NCBI RefSeq assembly: GCF_001194135.2
Contig: NC_068998.1
Location: 24,464,206 to 24,528,205, forward strand
Direction of reading: 5' to 3'
DNA from: Octopus bimaculoides
Taxonomy: Eukaryota
Length of the DNA: 64,000 nt
The notes beneath the pieces are model-generated. The model did no database searches and was not told the origin of the DNA. It saw only the letters and a program-made list of their open reading frames with translations. The first letter of the stretch is position 1; each line of letters starts with the position of its first letter. Positions 51,118 through 64,000 of the stretch are shown here, one piece after another. Both the position numbers and the translations under genes were made by a program.

Positions 51118-51672
51118 GAGAGTAAATACTACATACCCACCGCTCTCTCACTCTGTCTCACACACATACACACGCACACACACACCCCTTGACTCACTCA
51201 CACTCTGTCTCTTACAAACACACACATACGTAAATGTATACAAACATATTTACAACGACACACGTGTGTATGCCCGCGCGCTCCGGTATTGATGTAACAA
51301 CGGCAAAAAGTTTCACTGTCTATTTCGTGTGTGACTGTGTGTGTTCGTGTGTATGAGAGAGAGAGTAAATACTATATACACACCGCTCTCTTACTCTGTC
51401 TCGCACACATGCACACACACCCCCCTTGACTCACTCACACTCTGTCTCTTACAAACACACACATACATAAATGTATACAAACATATTTACAAAGACACAC
51501 GTGTGTATGCGCGCGCGTGCGTGTTTCTAAGAGACAGAGTGTGAGTGAGTCAAGGGCTGTGTTGTCATATGCATAATCCAAAGATGTATGTATATTTATG
51601 CATGTACGTATACATGACAATAAACCTCTCTCTCTCACTCACACTCTGTCTCTTACAAACACACACATACAT
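51118..51672. repeat. complex tandem plus inverted repeat (~243-bp period)
   Basis: 51118-51280 repeated at 51361-51517; 36-bp core 51423-51458 inverted at 51521-51556 (1 mismatch); third partial unit 51630-51672; N gaps on both sides. Confidence 0.85.
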
Positions 51673-52949
51673 NNNNNNNNNNNNNNNNNNNNNNNNNNNN
51701 NNNNNNNNNNNNNNNNNNNNNNNNNNNNNNNNNNNNNNNNNNNNNNNNNNNNNNNNNNNNNNNNNNNNNNNNNNNNNNNNNNNNNNNNNNNNNNNNNNNN
51801 NNNNNNNNNNNNNNNNNNNNNNNNNNNNNNNNNNNNNNNNNNNNNNNNNNNNNNNNNNNNNNNNNNNNNNNNNNNNNNNNNNNNNNNNNNNNNNNNNNNN
51901 NNNNNNNNNNNNNNNNNNNNNNNNNNNNNNNNNNNNNNNNNNNNNNNNNNNNNNNNNNNNNNNNNNNNNNNNNNNNNNNNNNNNNNNNNNNNNNNNNNNN
52001 NNNNNNNNNNNNNNNNNNNNNNNNNNNNNNNNNNNNNNNNNNNNNNNNNNNNNNNNNNNNNNNNNNNNNNNNNNNNNNNNNNNNNNNNNNNNNNNNNNNN
52101 NNNNNNNNNNNNNNNNNNNNNNNNNNNNNNNNNNNNNNNNNNNNNNNNNNNNNNNNNNNNNNNNNNNNNNNNNNNNNNNNNNATATATATATATATATAT
52201 ATACATATATATATGCGTGTGTGTATATGTATATATATATACGTATGTATGTATATATATGTGTATGTGTATATCTTTAGATGAGGTCATTTGTGGCAGG
52301 CAGACACATCTGTAAAGAAACATCTACGGAAATGCCAGACCTAGAAATTCATAGTGCACATCAGGGCAACACAGCAGAACATGGTAGGCTCCCTACAGTT
52401 TCCATCTATCAAGTTCACTCACAAGGTGTTGACCCAAAATCATAGTAAAAGACACTTGTGAAGTGGAAATGATCCTGAAGTCTGGTGGTTACAAAGTAAA
52501 ATTGTTAACCATTCTGCCACATCAGCATCTATACATCACCACTATCCACTTGTCTCACTAGCATCTATACATCACCACTATCCACTTGTCTCTCATAGAT
52601 GGGCAGAAGACCACATCTTGCTCAAATGTTTTGCTTACGTCTGAGTTGGTTTCTACTGTTAGATACCCTTTCTATGACCAACCCCTTTTCAGAGCATATG
52701 GAATGAATTTTATTGTGGAATCAGCACCAGAGAAGATAACTTTCTTTTTGTCAAGACTAAAGGGTCCCCTTGAGTCTACATACTTGTTCATTTAATAACT
52801 AAGTTACAAAGTATTCAGAGAAGATTAATAGTGGTATCTACACAGATGAAGTTACCTTGTACTCCGTAAAATTAGAAATCCCTTGTCACTCAATGATGTG
52901 TTTGTTCACTCAGGGCTGAGGAGCCAAATAGAAAAGAAAAGTAATATAT

Positions 52950-54110
52950 CATCATCACCATCATTTAATGTCTCCTTCCATGCTGGCATGCATTGGATAG
53001 TTTGAGAGGAGCTGGCAAGTCAGAAAACTGCCCAAGCTCTGATCTCTACTTTGGCATGGTTTGCAATGACTGAATGCTCCTCCTAATGCCAACCACTATA
53101 CAGAGGTACTGGATGCTTTTCATATGGCTTCAGCAGCTGTGAGGTCACCAAGTAACTTGCAATACAAGACCTCTCAAGAGGGAGGTGGTTTTGTGCCAGG
53201 TGATGAAAGGTTAGAGTAGGAGTAGAGGATCAGAAATATGTGAAGAGTAGTAAAGGAGTTACATTCAGAGAGATACAAAGAGAGGAGATAGTGAAGATAT
53301 TACAGGGAGTAAACTCAACTTACAGAGAGGTGCATGGAAGTGGAACTAAGGACTGGATAGAGTGAATGGGTAAGTTCAAGAGATTGTGGAAGGTGATTGG
53401 TGGGGAGCAAAAGAGAAGGAAGGTTGTGAGTGGACATAAATGGATGGGGATTTTGAGGATATGTTGTGAGGAAGAGATTCAACAGGACATATTGTGTACA
53501 GGTAGATGCATGGGGTGAAAGTGGGAGATAGAGGTGAGGGGAATAAAGTGAGTAATTAGACTGGATGGAGTGATGGGAAGGTATCAGGAAGATGGGTTGT
53601 AATGGACAGGTCTGACAAGGACAGATTGTGTGTAGGGGCATGGATATAAACAACAAACCTTTATGGACTCGATTTTGCTTAGATGGACAGGTTTTCTCAA
53701 GTAGGAGCAAATCGTTAATCATCTCAGATGTTTTTCATCTCCTTCTATGAGGTTCAACATCGGAAAATCATTTTTCACCACTTCATCCCACATCTTCCTC
53801 GGTCTTCCTTTTCCATGGCTTCCCTCTAAATTTTAGAGATCACTACTTTAATCCCTGTCTTCATCCATATGCATCAGATGACCATTCAAATGCAGTCTTC
53901 TCTCTTGCACACTTGATTTGATGCCTCCTCATATCAATTTTCTTTCTCTCAACACCTTTACACTTTGCCATACATGCTCACTGACATTGCATATTCAGCA
54001 GAGCACGCTGGTTTCATTTCTTTCAAGCTTTTACATGTCCTCTACTGTTACAGTTTACATTTCCCTACAATGTTACATAGCTGTCCATACACAAGCATCA
54101 TACAGTCTAA
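52950..54110 (-). mobile_element. 5'-truncated RTE LINE
   Basis: Minus strand LRLYDACVWTAM...KLERNETSVLC.ICNVS...QERRLHLNGHLMHMDED...GKGRPRKMWDEVVKND; 3' UTR purine-rich on the plus strand; (GAT)n tail near 52950. Confidence 0.75.
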
Positions 54111-54883
54111 GGACTTAGTTATGTGTCTAGGAGTTTGCGAGAGGGCACCACTGAGGTCTTTAACTTTTAACAATAAGCAAGAACTTTTTGTCCTTGGTAC
54201 ACAGCACTGAAATTGCTTTTAGAAGTTAAACTATATCACAAACATATCTGAACTAAAATAAAGTTTCTTTCTTTCCTACCCCTAATTTATTACACTATTA
54301 ATCATGTATTTGTTTCGACCGAGTGGTATGTGTATGCAAGTCATTCACTAGTATTCATTGCTCTATTCTAATTGATTTGTATTCACTAGAATTGATTGTT
54401 CCTTTCTAATCAGCTCAGAAATACCTCTCCCCTGTATCTCCTACTCTGGAAGGCTAAGGATCCATAAATGCATCTAGAAGCCCAAGAGAGGGTGCCATTG
54501 AGCTGATAATGGTATTCTTACACCTGTTACTGTCAGTCAACTAACCTAAAGTTTGTTTATTTTTCATCACTGCTTAGCAAAAACAAATGTATATGCGTAT
54601 TTCAAGAGTTAATGTTCTTTCATCAGCACTACATCCAACCCATCAACTATTTCTTAAATACCCACTAACTTTAGCCCAGTTTACGTATTAAGCTCATTCC
54701 AAGCAGCTGGTACGTAAGTATTAATTGCTTGCAACGGCCACAGTATTTTGTTTTGCATCTATAATGATTTACTACCGGCATTGTTTACATAAACCTATTC
54801 GTACACAGAACGTCATCATCTTCAGTGCTGGCTCTGAATTCTATAGAAAAATCTTCAAAATCTATGACATTATACACATGTAA

Positions 54884-55104
54884 AGGCGGCGAGCTGGCAG
54901 AATCGTTAGCACGCTGGGAAGAATACTTAACGGTATTTCGACCGTCTTTACGTTCTGAGTTCAAATTCTGCCAAGGTCGATTTTGCCTTTCATCCTTTCA
55001 GATCGATAAATTAAGTACCAGTTGTATACTGAAGTTGATGTAATTGATTTGTTCCGTCCCCCACAAACTTGAGGCCTTGTGCTTCCAGTAGAAAGGATTA
55101 TAAG
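54884..55104 (+). mobile_element. tRNA-derived SINE family B, full copy with TSD
   Basis: AAGGCGGCGAGCTGGCAGAATCGTTAG head, GAGTTCAAATTC B box; 11-bp direct repeat TACACATGTAA at 54873-54883 and 55105-55115. Confidence 0.85.
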
Positions 55105-55282
55105 TACACATGTAATTACCATACACCCCAAACCACAATGATTTTACGGCTAAGTCAAACTCTTTATGTTGTTCTCTCTCTTTCTCTCTGTTTATCGATC
55201 GATCTCTCATACTCCTTTCTATTTTCTTGTTTGCAACTCATCATCACCACTCTTTTTCGTCTTTTCACTTTTAATTTCCCCG

Positions 55283-55328
<46 letters not shown>

Positions 55329-55789
55329 ATATTTAACAAATAGAAGTTAAACGAAAATTATTCGGAAACAACCAAAGTATCATTTCTTTTTTTTGGCTTC
55401 TTTCTCTTCATAATCAGACGTAAAAAAGTTACCATCTGCTAAATGCAAAGTCATATCACTTCTGTTTCACAAAGAAGACGTCTCGAGTCAATATTGAAGG
55501 TGAAGTACTTTATTATAGTCATTGAAAAATATTCATTTCTTCTTTAGTGTTTATAAAATTGTGCTCAAGCAGTCATCTATCGCAAAGTGAGAAAGACAGA
55601 TTTCTAAAAAGGAAATTCGTATTGTTTTGACTGAGGGCAAAGTACCTTATCAAATTCACTGAAAATTATTGAACAAAACCGTATTCACATTATTTTTGAA
55701 GTCGTGGATGATGGTATCATCTTGTTCGATACTATGTCACTCTTGCTGAAAAATGACACAAATAACCCAAATTTTAGAGAAGAGTCGGT

Positions 55790-56290
55790 GCAGCACATAT
55801 GCAGTTATGTTTCATATTATTCAGGTTACTATTTTGACAGGTTATTTTATGCAAGAAGATGCATTTACACTTAGAATACTCTCGTTTTCGTCTGAGACAG
55901 AAATATTCAAAAGGCAACTGTTTCCAGTAAAAACGAACATTTGTTATGTTTTTAAATAAATGTCAAAAACAAACTTTATCTGTTGTTGAGCTACATGAGT
56001 GAACATTGTTTCTCTCATGGGCAACTGTATGTTGCACATGTTAGAGTTGGAAGTCCACGTGATCTTTTTATTTATGCTCCTTCTGGGAAAACACGTAACA
56101 TTTGTTTATAAGGAAGTTTTGGATTTACATTGAAATCGTAAATAAGAAGAACAAGTAACACAATTAAGAGGAGAAAGATGACATGTTGCTGAAAATGTAC
56201 AGCTTACAAATAAAATGCGAAAATGTATATAGCATGGCAAAACTATTATATAGGCTGTCGCCCGAGTAACACCACACTCGCGCTTCTATA
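55790..56290 (+). mobile_element. second Helitron, 3' fragment (helicase C-terminus + putative 3' hairpin)
   Basis: IIQVTILTG...FKRQLFPV, CFSHGQLYVA (56007-56036), RVGSP..LFIYAPSGKTRNI/VYKEVL with frameshifts; hairpin CGAGT-8nt-ACTCG (56263-56280) followed by CTAT (56286-56289). Confidence 0.75.
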
Positions 56291-56457
56291 AATATATATG
56301 ATTTTTTAAATTCAGCAGACATCATTAAAGCACTCAGTTTTTAACAAATTAGGTTAACTGTCAAACAATCAGATACCAATAGATGCAAATACACATCCAA
56401 GGTAATTCATCATGTATGACAAGTAGATCCAAATATCGTTTAGATACATATATACAT

Positions 56458-56620
56458 ATTACGGGCTTCTTTTGTTTTCCGTCTACCAAATCCACTCAAA
56501 AGGCTTTGGCCAGCCCAAGACTATAGGAGAAGACACTTGCTCAAGGTGCCTTGCAGTGCGATTGAATCCGAAACTATGTGGTCAGTAAGCAAGCTTCTTA
56601 CCACACAGTCACACTGCACC
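56458..56620 (-). mobile_element. SINE family A, 5' half
   Basis: Collinear with 1750-1915. Confidence 0.75.
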
Positions 56621-56630
56621 TATATATATA

Positions 56631-58152
56631 CAGGGTTATCCAAAGAGAATCAACCGATTTCATTATCCAATATTTTAATAAAGAAAAGCAATGGAAAACT
56701 CCAGCTAAGTTACAAGCATTTACTCACAATCAACTTTTATTTCCTGTCTTACAAGAGTTCAATATGGCCACCACCTGCAGCACGGGCAACATCAATGCGA
56801 TAAGAGAATTCCTTCCAGACGTGTATCAGCATATCACGAACCACTGCGTTGATCGCTGTCGTTATTCGATGCTTAAGGTCATCGAGGTTAGTGGGTAGCA
56901 ATGGAGTTGTCTAAGTTTTGAATGGATGCCACAGGGGCGCTGTAGTCGCATCGCTCTTCCAGCAACTTTCAGTTGTTTCTTTACATTCAAAATGGTGAGT
57001 CGTCAGCAAAAGGCATTCTGCGTTCTCGAGATCACGTAAACAAATTTGGTTGTCGCAGTGCAGCTAGCTTTTCGAAGGCGATTCGACATTAATCTGCCCT
57101 CCCCTAAGAACATTCGATGGTGGTTTCAACTATTTCAAGAGACTGAGTGCCTTTTTTTTAAGGAAAATGTCCAGGACAACCGCACATTTCAGAGAAACAA
57201 GTGGTGAGAATCCGTGCTGCGTTTGTGGGAAGCCCATGGAAGTCCACAAATCGAGTTAGAGATGAGCTTGTGATCCCTCAATCCACTATCTGGCGTATGC
57301 TAAGAAGACGTCTACATTTGAAACCATACAGACTACATCTTGTTCAGCCACTTACCAATGGCGACAAGAGGAAGCGGATGGCATTTTGCAAATTGATGCT
57401 GGAGATGATGGTACGAAACCTTCATTTCACGTTTAGTCTTTAGTGATGAAACGACTTTTCACTTGAGCAGCACAGTCAATAATCACAGTGTGCATATCTG
57501 GAGAACAGAGCACCCACATGAAACACTTGAACATGAAAGTGATTCCCCTAAGGTGAATGTTTTCTGTGCTGTGTCTCAGGACAAAGTTTATGGTCCCTTT
57601 TCTTTGAAGGAAACACCATTACAGGACAAACCTATCTCAATATGCTCCAAAACTGGCTCTTCACTTCACTGTAAGCAGATTTGTATGACTTCCCTTTTCA
57701 ACAAGATGGGGAACCGCCCCATTGGCACCTGATGGTTTGAGCTTTTTTAAATGAAAAAGTGCCCCAAGGATGGATTGGTCAGAAAGGGGCCCAAGACCTT
57801 GCTCTTTGTGCTTGGCCTACGAGATCCACAGACCCCACCGTGTGTGATTTTTTTCTTGTGGGGATATGTAGAAGATTGCATTTACTACCCACTAACCTCG
57901 ATGACCTTAAACATCAAATAACAACAGCGATCAACTCAATGATTCGTGACATGCTGATATGAGTCTGCGATGAATTCTCTTATCGCATTGATGTTGCCTG
58001 TGCTGCAGGTGGTGACCACATTGAACACTTGTTAGACAGGAAATAAAAGTTGATTGTGAGTAAATACTTGTGACTTAGCTGGAGTTTTCTATTGCTTTTC
58101 CTTATCAAAATATTGCATAATGAAATCGATTCATTCTTTGTCAATAACCCTC
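56631..58152 (+). mobile_element. Tc1/mariner-superfamily transposon (rosa/DD41D-like lineage) with ~270-bp TIRs
   Basis: TA|CAGGGTTATCCAAAGAGAATC... left end; right end ...TTTGTCAATAACCCTC; 56631-~56900 aligns with the reverse complement of ~57882-58152; right TA not preserved. Confidence 0.9.
56992..58046 (+). pseudogene. transposase with DD46D triad, disrupted
   Basis: MVSRQQKAFCVLE...RRRF; FSDETTFH (D at 57445), FQQDGEPPHW (D at 57705), WPTRSTDPTVCDFF (D at 57846); ends HIEHLLDRK*; several frameshifts and stops. Confidence 0.9.
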
Positions 58153-58197
58153 TCTCACTCTCTCTCTCTCTCTATATATATATATAATATATATATA

Positions 58198-58550
58198 CCC
58201 TTTTATTCTTTTACTTGTTTCAGTCATTTGACTACAACAATACTGCAGCACCACCTTTAGTCGAATAAATCGACCCCAGGACGTTTTCTTTGTAAGCCCA
58301 GTACTTATTCTACCTTTCTGTTTTGCCAAATCACGAAGTTGGGTGGGGGGCATAAACACACAAATACACACACACGCGCACACACACACAGATACGACAG
58401 GATTTTTTCAGTTTCCATCTACCAAATTCACTGACAAGGCTTTGGTCGGTCTGAGGCTCTAGTAGAAGGGATTTACCCGAGGTACCACGCAGTGGGACTG
58501 AACCTAGAACCATGTGGTTTGGAAACAAGGTTCTTACCACAAAGCCACTC
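58198..58550 (-). mobile_element. SINE family A, full copy
   Basis: Collinear with 1480-1915. Confidence 0.8.
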
Positions 58551-59989
58551 TTATATTTATTTATTTATTTCGTTTGTCAAGCTTCTTTCTAATTTTTTAA
58601 ACGTAATAATTTAATATAACACCATGCACCCACTTTATTGTCACCAATTCAGTATTAATTTTTTTGCAGGCCATCTCACTCTGTCACTTTCTTTCTCTTT
58701 CTCTTCCTCTCTCACCTACTTACCTCTTTGTTGCTTTCTGTCTCTCTCTGCCCTCCACCACCTTTTTCTCTCACATACAACTATTATGTGACCATTCCCA
58801 TGTCTCTGTCCAACTTCCTTTTCTCCTGACCATCAACTCTTTTGGTCATACATATGTCGCCTCCTTCTCTGCATTCAACAAGATTTGTTCTTATATTCTT
58901 ACCCGTTCGTTTACTCACTTTTCCTTCTATCCTTTCACCTATTCACTTTCCAGTCCTCCAGGGCATTTTCCATTGCATTACTATACATATGTCTTGTCTC
59001 CAGCCACATGACATTTATTTTCTTTGTACATTGTTTATTTTCATGATTCTATAGAAAATCTAAAGAGATAACCTTAACAATTGTTTCTTGCTATTCACAG
59101 CTGCTTTTCGCTGTTAATGCCATCAAAAGTGAACAATATTATCATTGAAGATGTGAAAAATATAATGATTATTTTAACAATTACTGACGAGGAAAGAGCA
59201 TGTACATGTCATGTGTGTGAATTTTCCATTCATTCGTTTGTCCAGCATTTGTTAATTTTTTTTAAAAATTACACCCACACACATACTAGATGAGCATTTT
59301 CATTTTCTATCCACCAAAACCACTTGTAAAATACCTAAAAATGTAGTAGGAGACTTTGTTGGGTGTTTTTCAAATAGATTTATTATAAGTTAAATAAATT
59401 GCTTTGCAATGTTACTGTTAATACTCTGGCAATGCCAGGTACTTCAGCTAGTGTGTGTGCGTGTGCTTTGTCTGCTCGTCTTGTGATAGTTGTAAATCAA
59501 TGTTATTGTCAAATAATTGCCTTTCCTTTCCAATTTCTTGCATGAACATGTCTAGCATTGAGGAAATATTATCTTATAGAAACAGGTGAGTATTGGAAGC
59601 CAACTAGGACATGTGGCTATAGAAAATCTACCTCAGTGGAACTCTGTCAGAGCCATTCAAGCATGGAAAAGTGGTTGTTAAAAAACCACGATGAGGATGG
59701 TGCTGATGATATTCCAAGGGATGATTTGATTTCTCTTTTTGCCAATGCTGGTGCCTTTGAAGTAGCATCTTTGGATAATATTGATGCTTTCATTTTCCAT
59801 TGGCAATGGTTAAGTCACTCTAATTCCTTGGTTTCCAGTAACTGTACCTCCACTCTTGTTCATAGGAACCACTCTTTTTATCTTTATCATCAAAACAGTT
59901 TTGTCTTCAAAATAAATGTCTTTTATCATCGATTATGAAACTTTGCAAGAAGGTTCTTAAAGACACTAAATTGTAGTATATGGAGCAGA

Positions 59990-60200
59990 GAAGATGGTAA
60001 ACTGGCAGAATCATTAGCATGTCAGGCAAAGTTCTTAACTGTATTTCATCCGTCTTCATGTTCTTAGTTCAAATTCCACTGAGGTGAACTTTGCCTTTTC
60101 ATCATTTCTGGGTCAGTTAAGTATCAGTTGAACATTAGGGTTGATGAAATCAACTTATCCCCTCTCGCAAAATTGTTGCTTTTAAGGCAATGTTTGAAAC
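59990..60200 (+). mobile_element. SINE family B
   Basis: AAGATGGTAAACTGGCAGAATCATTAGCA head, collinear with 54884-55104. Confidence 0.7.
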
Positions 60201-60399
60201 CAATATATGGAGCAGAGTAAATATTGTAATTCTTATTAGGAGATGGCTACTTGGGACTTTTAGAAAATCAATAGCATTGAATAATATGCGAACCTAGCAT
60301 TTTTCCTGTCTTCTGTTATTACGAAGTCCCAACTTCTAAGGATAAAGTAGAAGTGATTGCTCAGTTATTTATGAATAAGTCAACCCATAATTTATCTGA

Positions 60400-62200
60400 C
60401 CCTATTATTTCAGTTCTCCTTCTCACTATGTTTGTTTCTATGACATTTGAATAACTTCTAAAACTGAGACAAAAGTAATTTCTAGCATCTGTACATATGT
60501 ATAGCTACTGGCAATATTCCTGCGATTATTTTGCAAGTGTACAAATGATTATAGCTGAGTCTAGCCTGTTGGAAATTGGCACCTATTGTTCTTATTTTCA
60601 AAATATCTGGTTTACATATTAATTTTCATAACTACCACTGAATCAGCCTTCTTCTTATAGTTTGCAAAATCTTTCAGTAGTTTATTATGTTCTTGTATTG
60701 CCGCTTAAGGGAATCACTTCATCTGTGTTCAGACAACCAGTACAGCTTCCATACTTTGAACTCCACTGATCTTCTGACTGAAGCATGTGAGTAGTTCTCT
60801 TATGCTTTAGATATTTGTGATGTGGCAAGTATTTTTACTCTTGATATATCAAAAGCATTTAAGGCAGTGAGCTGGCAGAATCATCAGCATATTGCTTAGC
60901 AACATTTTGTGCCTTCATGTTCTGGGTTTAAATTCTGCTAAGATTGAATTTGCCTTTCATCTTTCTGGGGTCAATAAAATAAGTATCAGTTGAGTATTGA
61001 GGCAGATGTAATCCACTTACCCACTCCCTCAAAATTACTGGCCTTGTGCCAAAATTTGAAATTGAAATTGATATATCAAAAGCATTTGACTGGGCTTGGC
61101 ATACAGATCTCCTCCAGAAGCTTAGGTCATATGGAATTACTGAAAGGTTCTTTAGTGGTTTTGAATATTTTCAAGATATGTGTAAACATTTAAGTTCTTT
61201 TAAATGACCAAGGTATTTCTCAAGATCATAAATCATGCTAACTATAGGAAGAAAGCAGATTCAGTGGTAGTTATGAAGATTAAAATTTACACCACAGATT
61301 TCAAAAATATGAAAAGCAGATACTGATTTCCAACATGTTAGAAAATGAGACAAAGCTAACTGTTCAGACTTTTGCAAAACAATAGCAGAAATATTATCAA
61401 ACAGCTAAATATGAACAAAAGCTAGAAATTACTTTAATTCTTAATGATCTTCTTGATAACATCATCCCTAACATAACTAACCTTGCTCATAACACATCTT
61501 TGTTTCCTTAGTTGAATGAAAAAGTTAATTTGTGTAAGCAAATGAAAATGGTCAGCTGTCTGAATGGAGTACCTGGTGATTGGTTACTTTTGACTCTACA
61601 AAACATATTTCTTTTCATTAATCATTGCAGGAACTCAGATGATATGCTTATTTCTATATCTGATACTGTTTCTTCTGAATCATGTAGTCTTAACTTTTTA
61701 GAATTACCTTATTCTAAAGTTTATGCTTAGAAGAATTATATCAGATCCATTGCCAAATCAACCACTTCTAAAGGCTGGTTCCCATTACTGAATTCAGCAT
61801 TACTTTATTTTTTTATAAGTCTCTAATACACCTTTGTCCCAAACTCGGTTGTCACATTTAGGCTGCTTTTCTTGACTGAGTTCAACATGAGTTTCTACAA
61901 CACAGCTGGTCACTGTTTTGCCGACAAAACTTCGTCTTCTTTTTAATCACAAAGACATTGCTTATTTATCTGTTTTCTATAAATACCTCACTGGTTGTAA
62001 TTTTGATGAAATTATTTCCCCTGTTGCTCCTCCTAAGATTAATAATCGATCAACTCATCTTTCTACTAATTCTCTTCATTTCACTGTAGTTGTCTGCACT
62101 TCTGAGAAAAGTTTCTACTCTAGTAGTTTCTTTACTCTCGTGGGAGTCTCTTCTTTCGTCTTGCTTCTCTGATAGTTATAATCTTAATTCATTTAAATCA
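60400..62200 (+). mobile_element. CR1/L2-group LINE relic (RT and C-terminus)
   Basis: CWKLAPIVLIFK, NYH*ISLLLIVCKIF, DNQYSF, LDISKAFDWAWHTDLLQKLRSYGI, GVP, and C-terminal LSVFYKY.TGC...RST...HFTV...FYSSSFF...SYNLNSFKS. Confidence 0.75.
60861..61067 (+). mobile_element. SINE family B inserted into the LINE RT, 20-bp TSD
   Basis: TTGATATATCAAAAGCATTT at 60841-60860 and 61068-61087 flanks the SINE exactly. Confidence 0.9.
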
Positions 62201-62229
62201 ATCTTGAGCTAAAGTAATACATACATACA

Positions 62230-63290
<1,061 letters not shown>

Positions 63291-63794
63291 ACTGTTTGTT
63301 TTTCTTTGTCTCAAATTGGTGCTTGTAATGTCTAATATCAAACGGTATTAATATTTATCAATATTTAATGTAATAAATCAATATTCGATGTTCGATAAAA
63401 GAGCAATTATATCAATGCGAAATGTAATTGAATTTATTTTTCTAGTAAAGCCATTGAACTGTGTCATAGCTAGGACATCACCTTCAAGGATTTCAGTTGA
63501 TTATATCGACCTCAGTACTTGGCCTGCTGCTTATTTTATCGACCCCAGAAGAGAAGATAGGCAAATTAGTCAAAGAGACATAACTGGCAGAAAAACGAAT
63601 ATCTCAAGTTAATTATGTTTGATTCACAAATGTTTTTCCTGGTGTCAATACATGAAAACAAAACACACTGGCACACAAACCTCAATACTCATGCCTGTAA
63701 ACAAAAAATGAATATGCAGATATGCATGTGCCTATACTGATAAATCTAATTATATATGTGTGCATGTATGTATACACACACACACATATATATA

Positions 63795-63960
63795 GGTACA
63801 AGCATGGCTCTGTGGTAAGATGGTTGCTTTCCAACTAGATAGTCTTGAGTTCAGTCCCACTGCATGTCACCTTGGCAAATGTATTCTATTACAGTCTTGG
63901 GCCAACCAAAACCTTGTTAGTGGATTTGGAAGATAGACACTGCAAGAAACACATCAAATA
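63795..63960 (+). mobile_element. SINE family A head
   Basis: AGGTACAAGCATGGCTCTGTGGTAAG...GAGTTCAGTCCCACTGCATGTCACCTTGGCAAATG. Confidence 0.7.
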
Positions 63961-63962
63961 AT

Positions 63963-64000
<38 letters not shown>

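Noticed and set aside
53315-53722. 135-aa minus-strand ORF
   Set aside because: Lies in the low-complexity 3' UTR of the RTE copy; no recognisable domain.
45622-58152. Idea that the two Helitrons and the long-TIR transposon form one composite element
   Set aside because: Each has its own termini or TSD context, different decay levels, and unrelated SINE/LINE insertions between them.

Overview
AT-rich, microsatellite-dense eukaryotic genomic DNA from a gapped assembly (many N runs, mostly inside TA/TG repeats). No intact host protein-coding gene, rRNA, true tRNA gene or CRISPR array is supported; nearly all ORFs in the supplied track are translations of microsatellites, N gaps or AT-rich chance frames. 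The SINE, RTE-tail and MITE families resemble those I recall from octopus genomes (inference from memory, not a database hit). The window is a layered transposon graveyard. Main elements: an internally deleted Helitron on the minus strand (5' TC end at 50309, Rep/helicase pseudogene 48764->46084); a second, divergent Helitron 3' fragment (55.8-56.3 kb); a near full-length Tc1/mariner-superfamily element (56631-58152) with ~270-bp TIRs and a DD46D triad; a piggyBac relic nested at TTAA inside a hAT/Buster-type MITE (13.1-15.0 kb); R4/Dong-like, RTE, CR1/L2-like, Penelope-like and mariner relics; four tRNA-derived SINE families; and two degenerate Penelope-type hammerhead ribozyme motifs. I did not find a convincing new multi-gene system; the most unusual items are structural oddities of mobile elements. 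Coordinates of degraded repeats are approximate (+/-20 bp) unless termini or TSDs are quoted.
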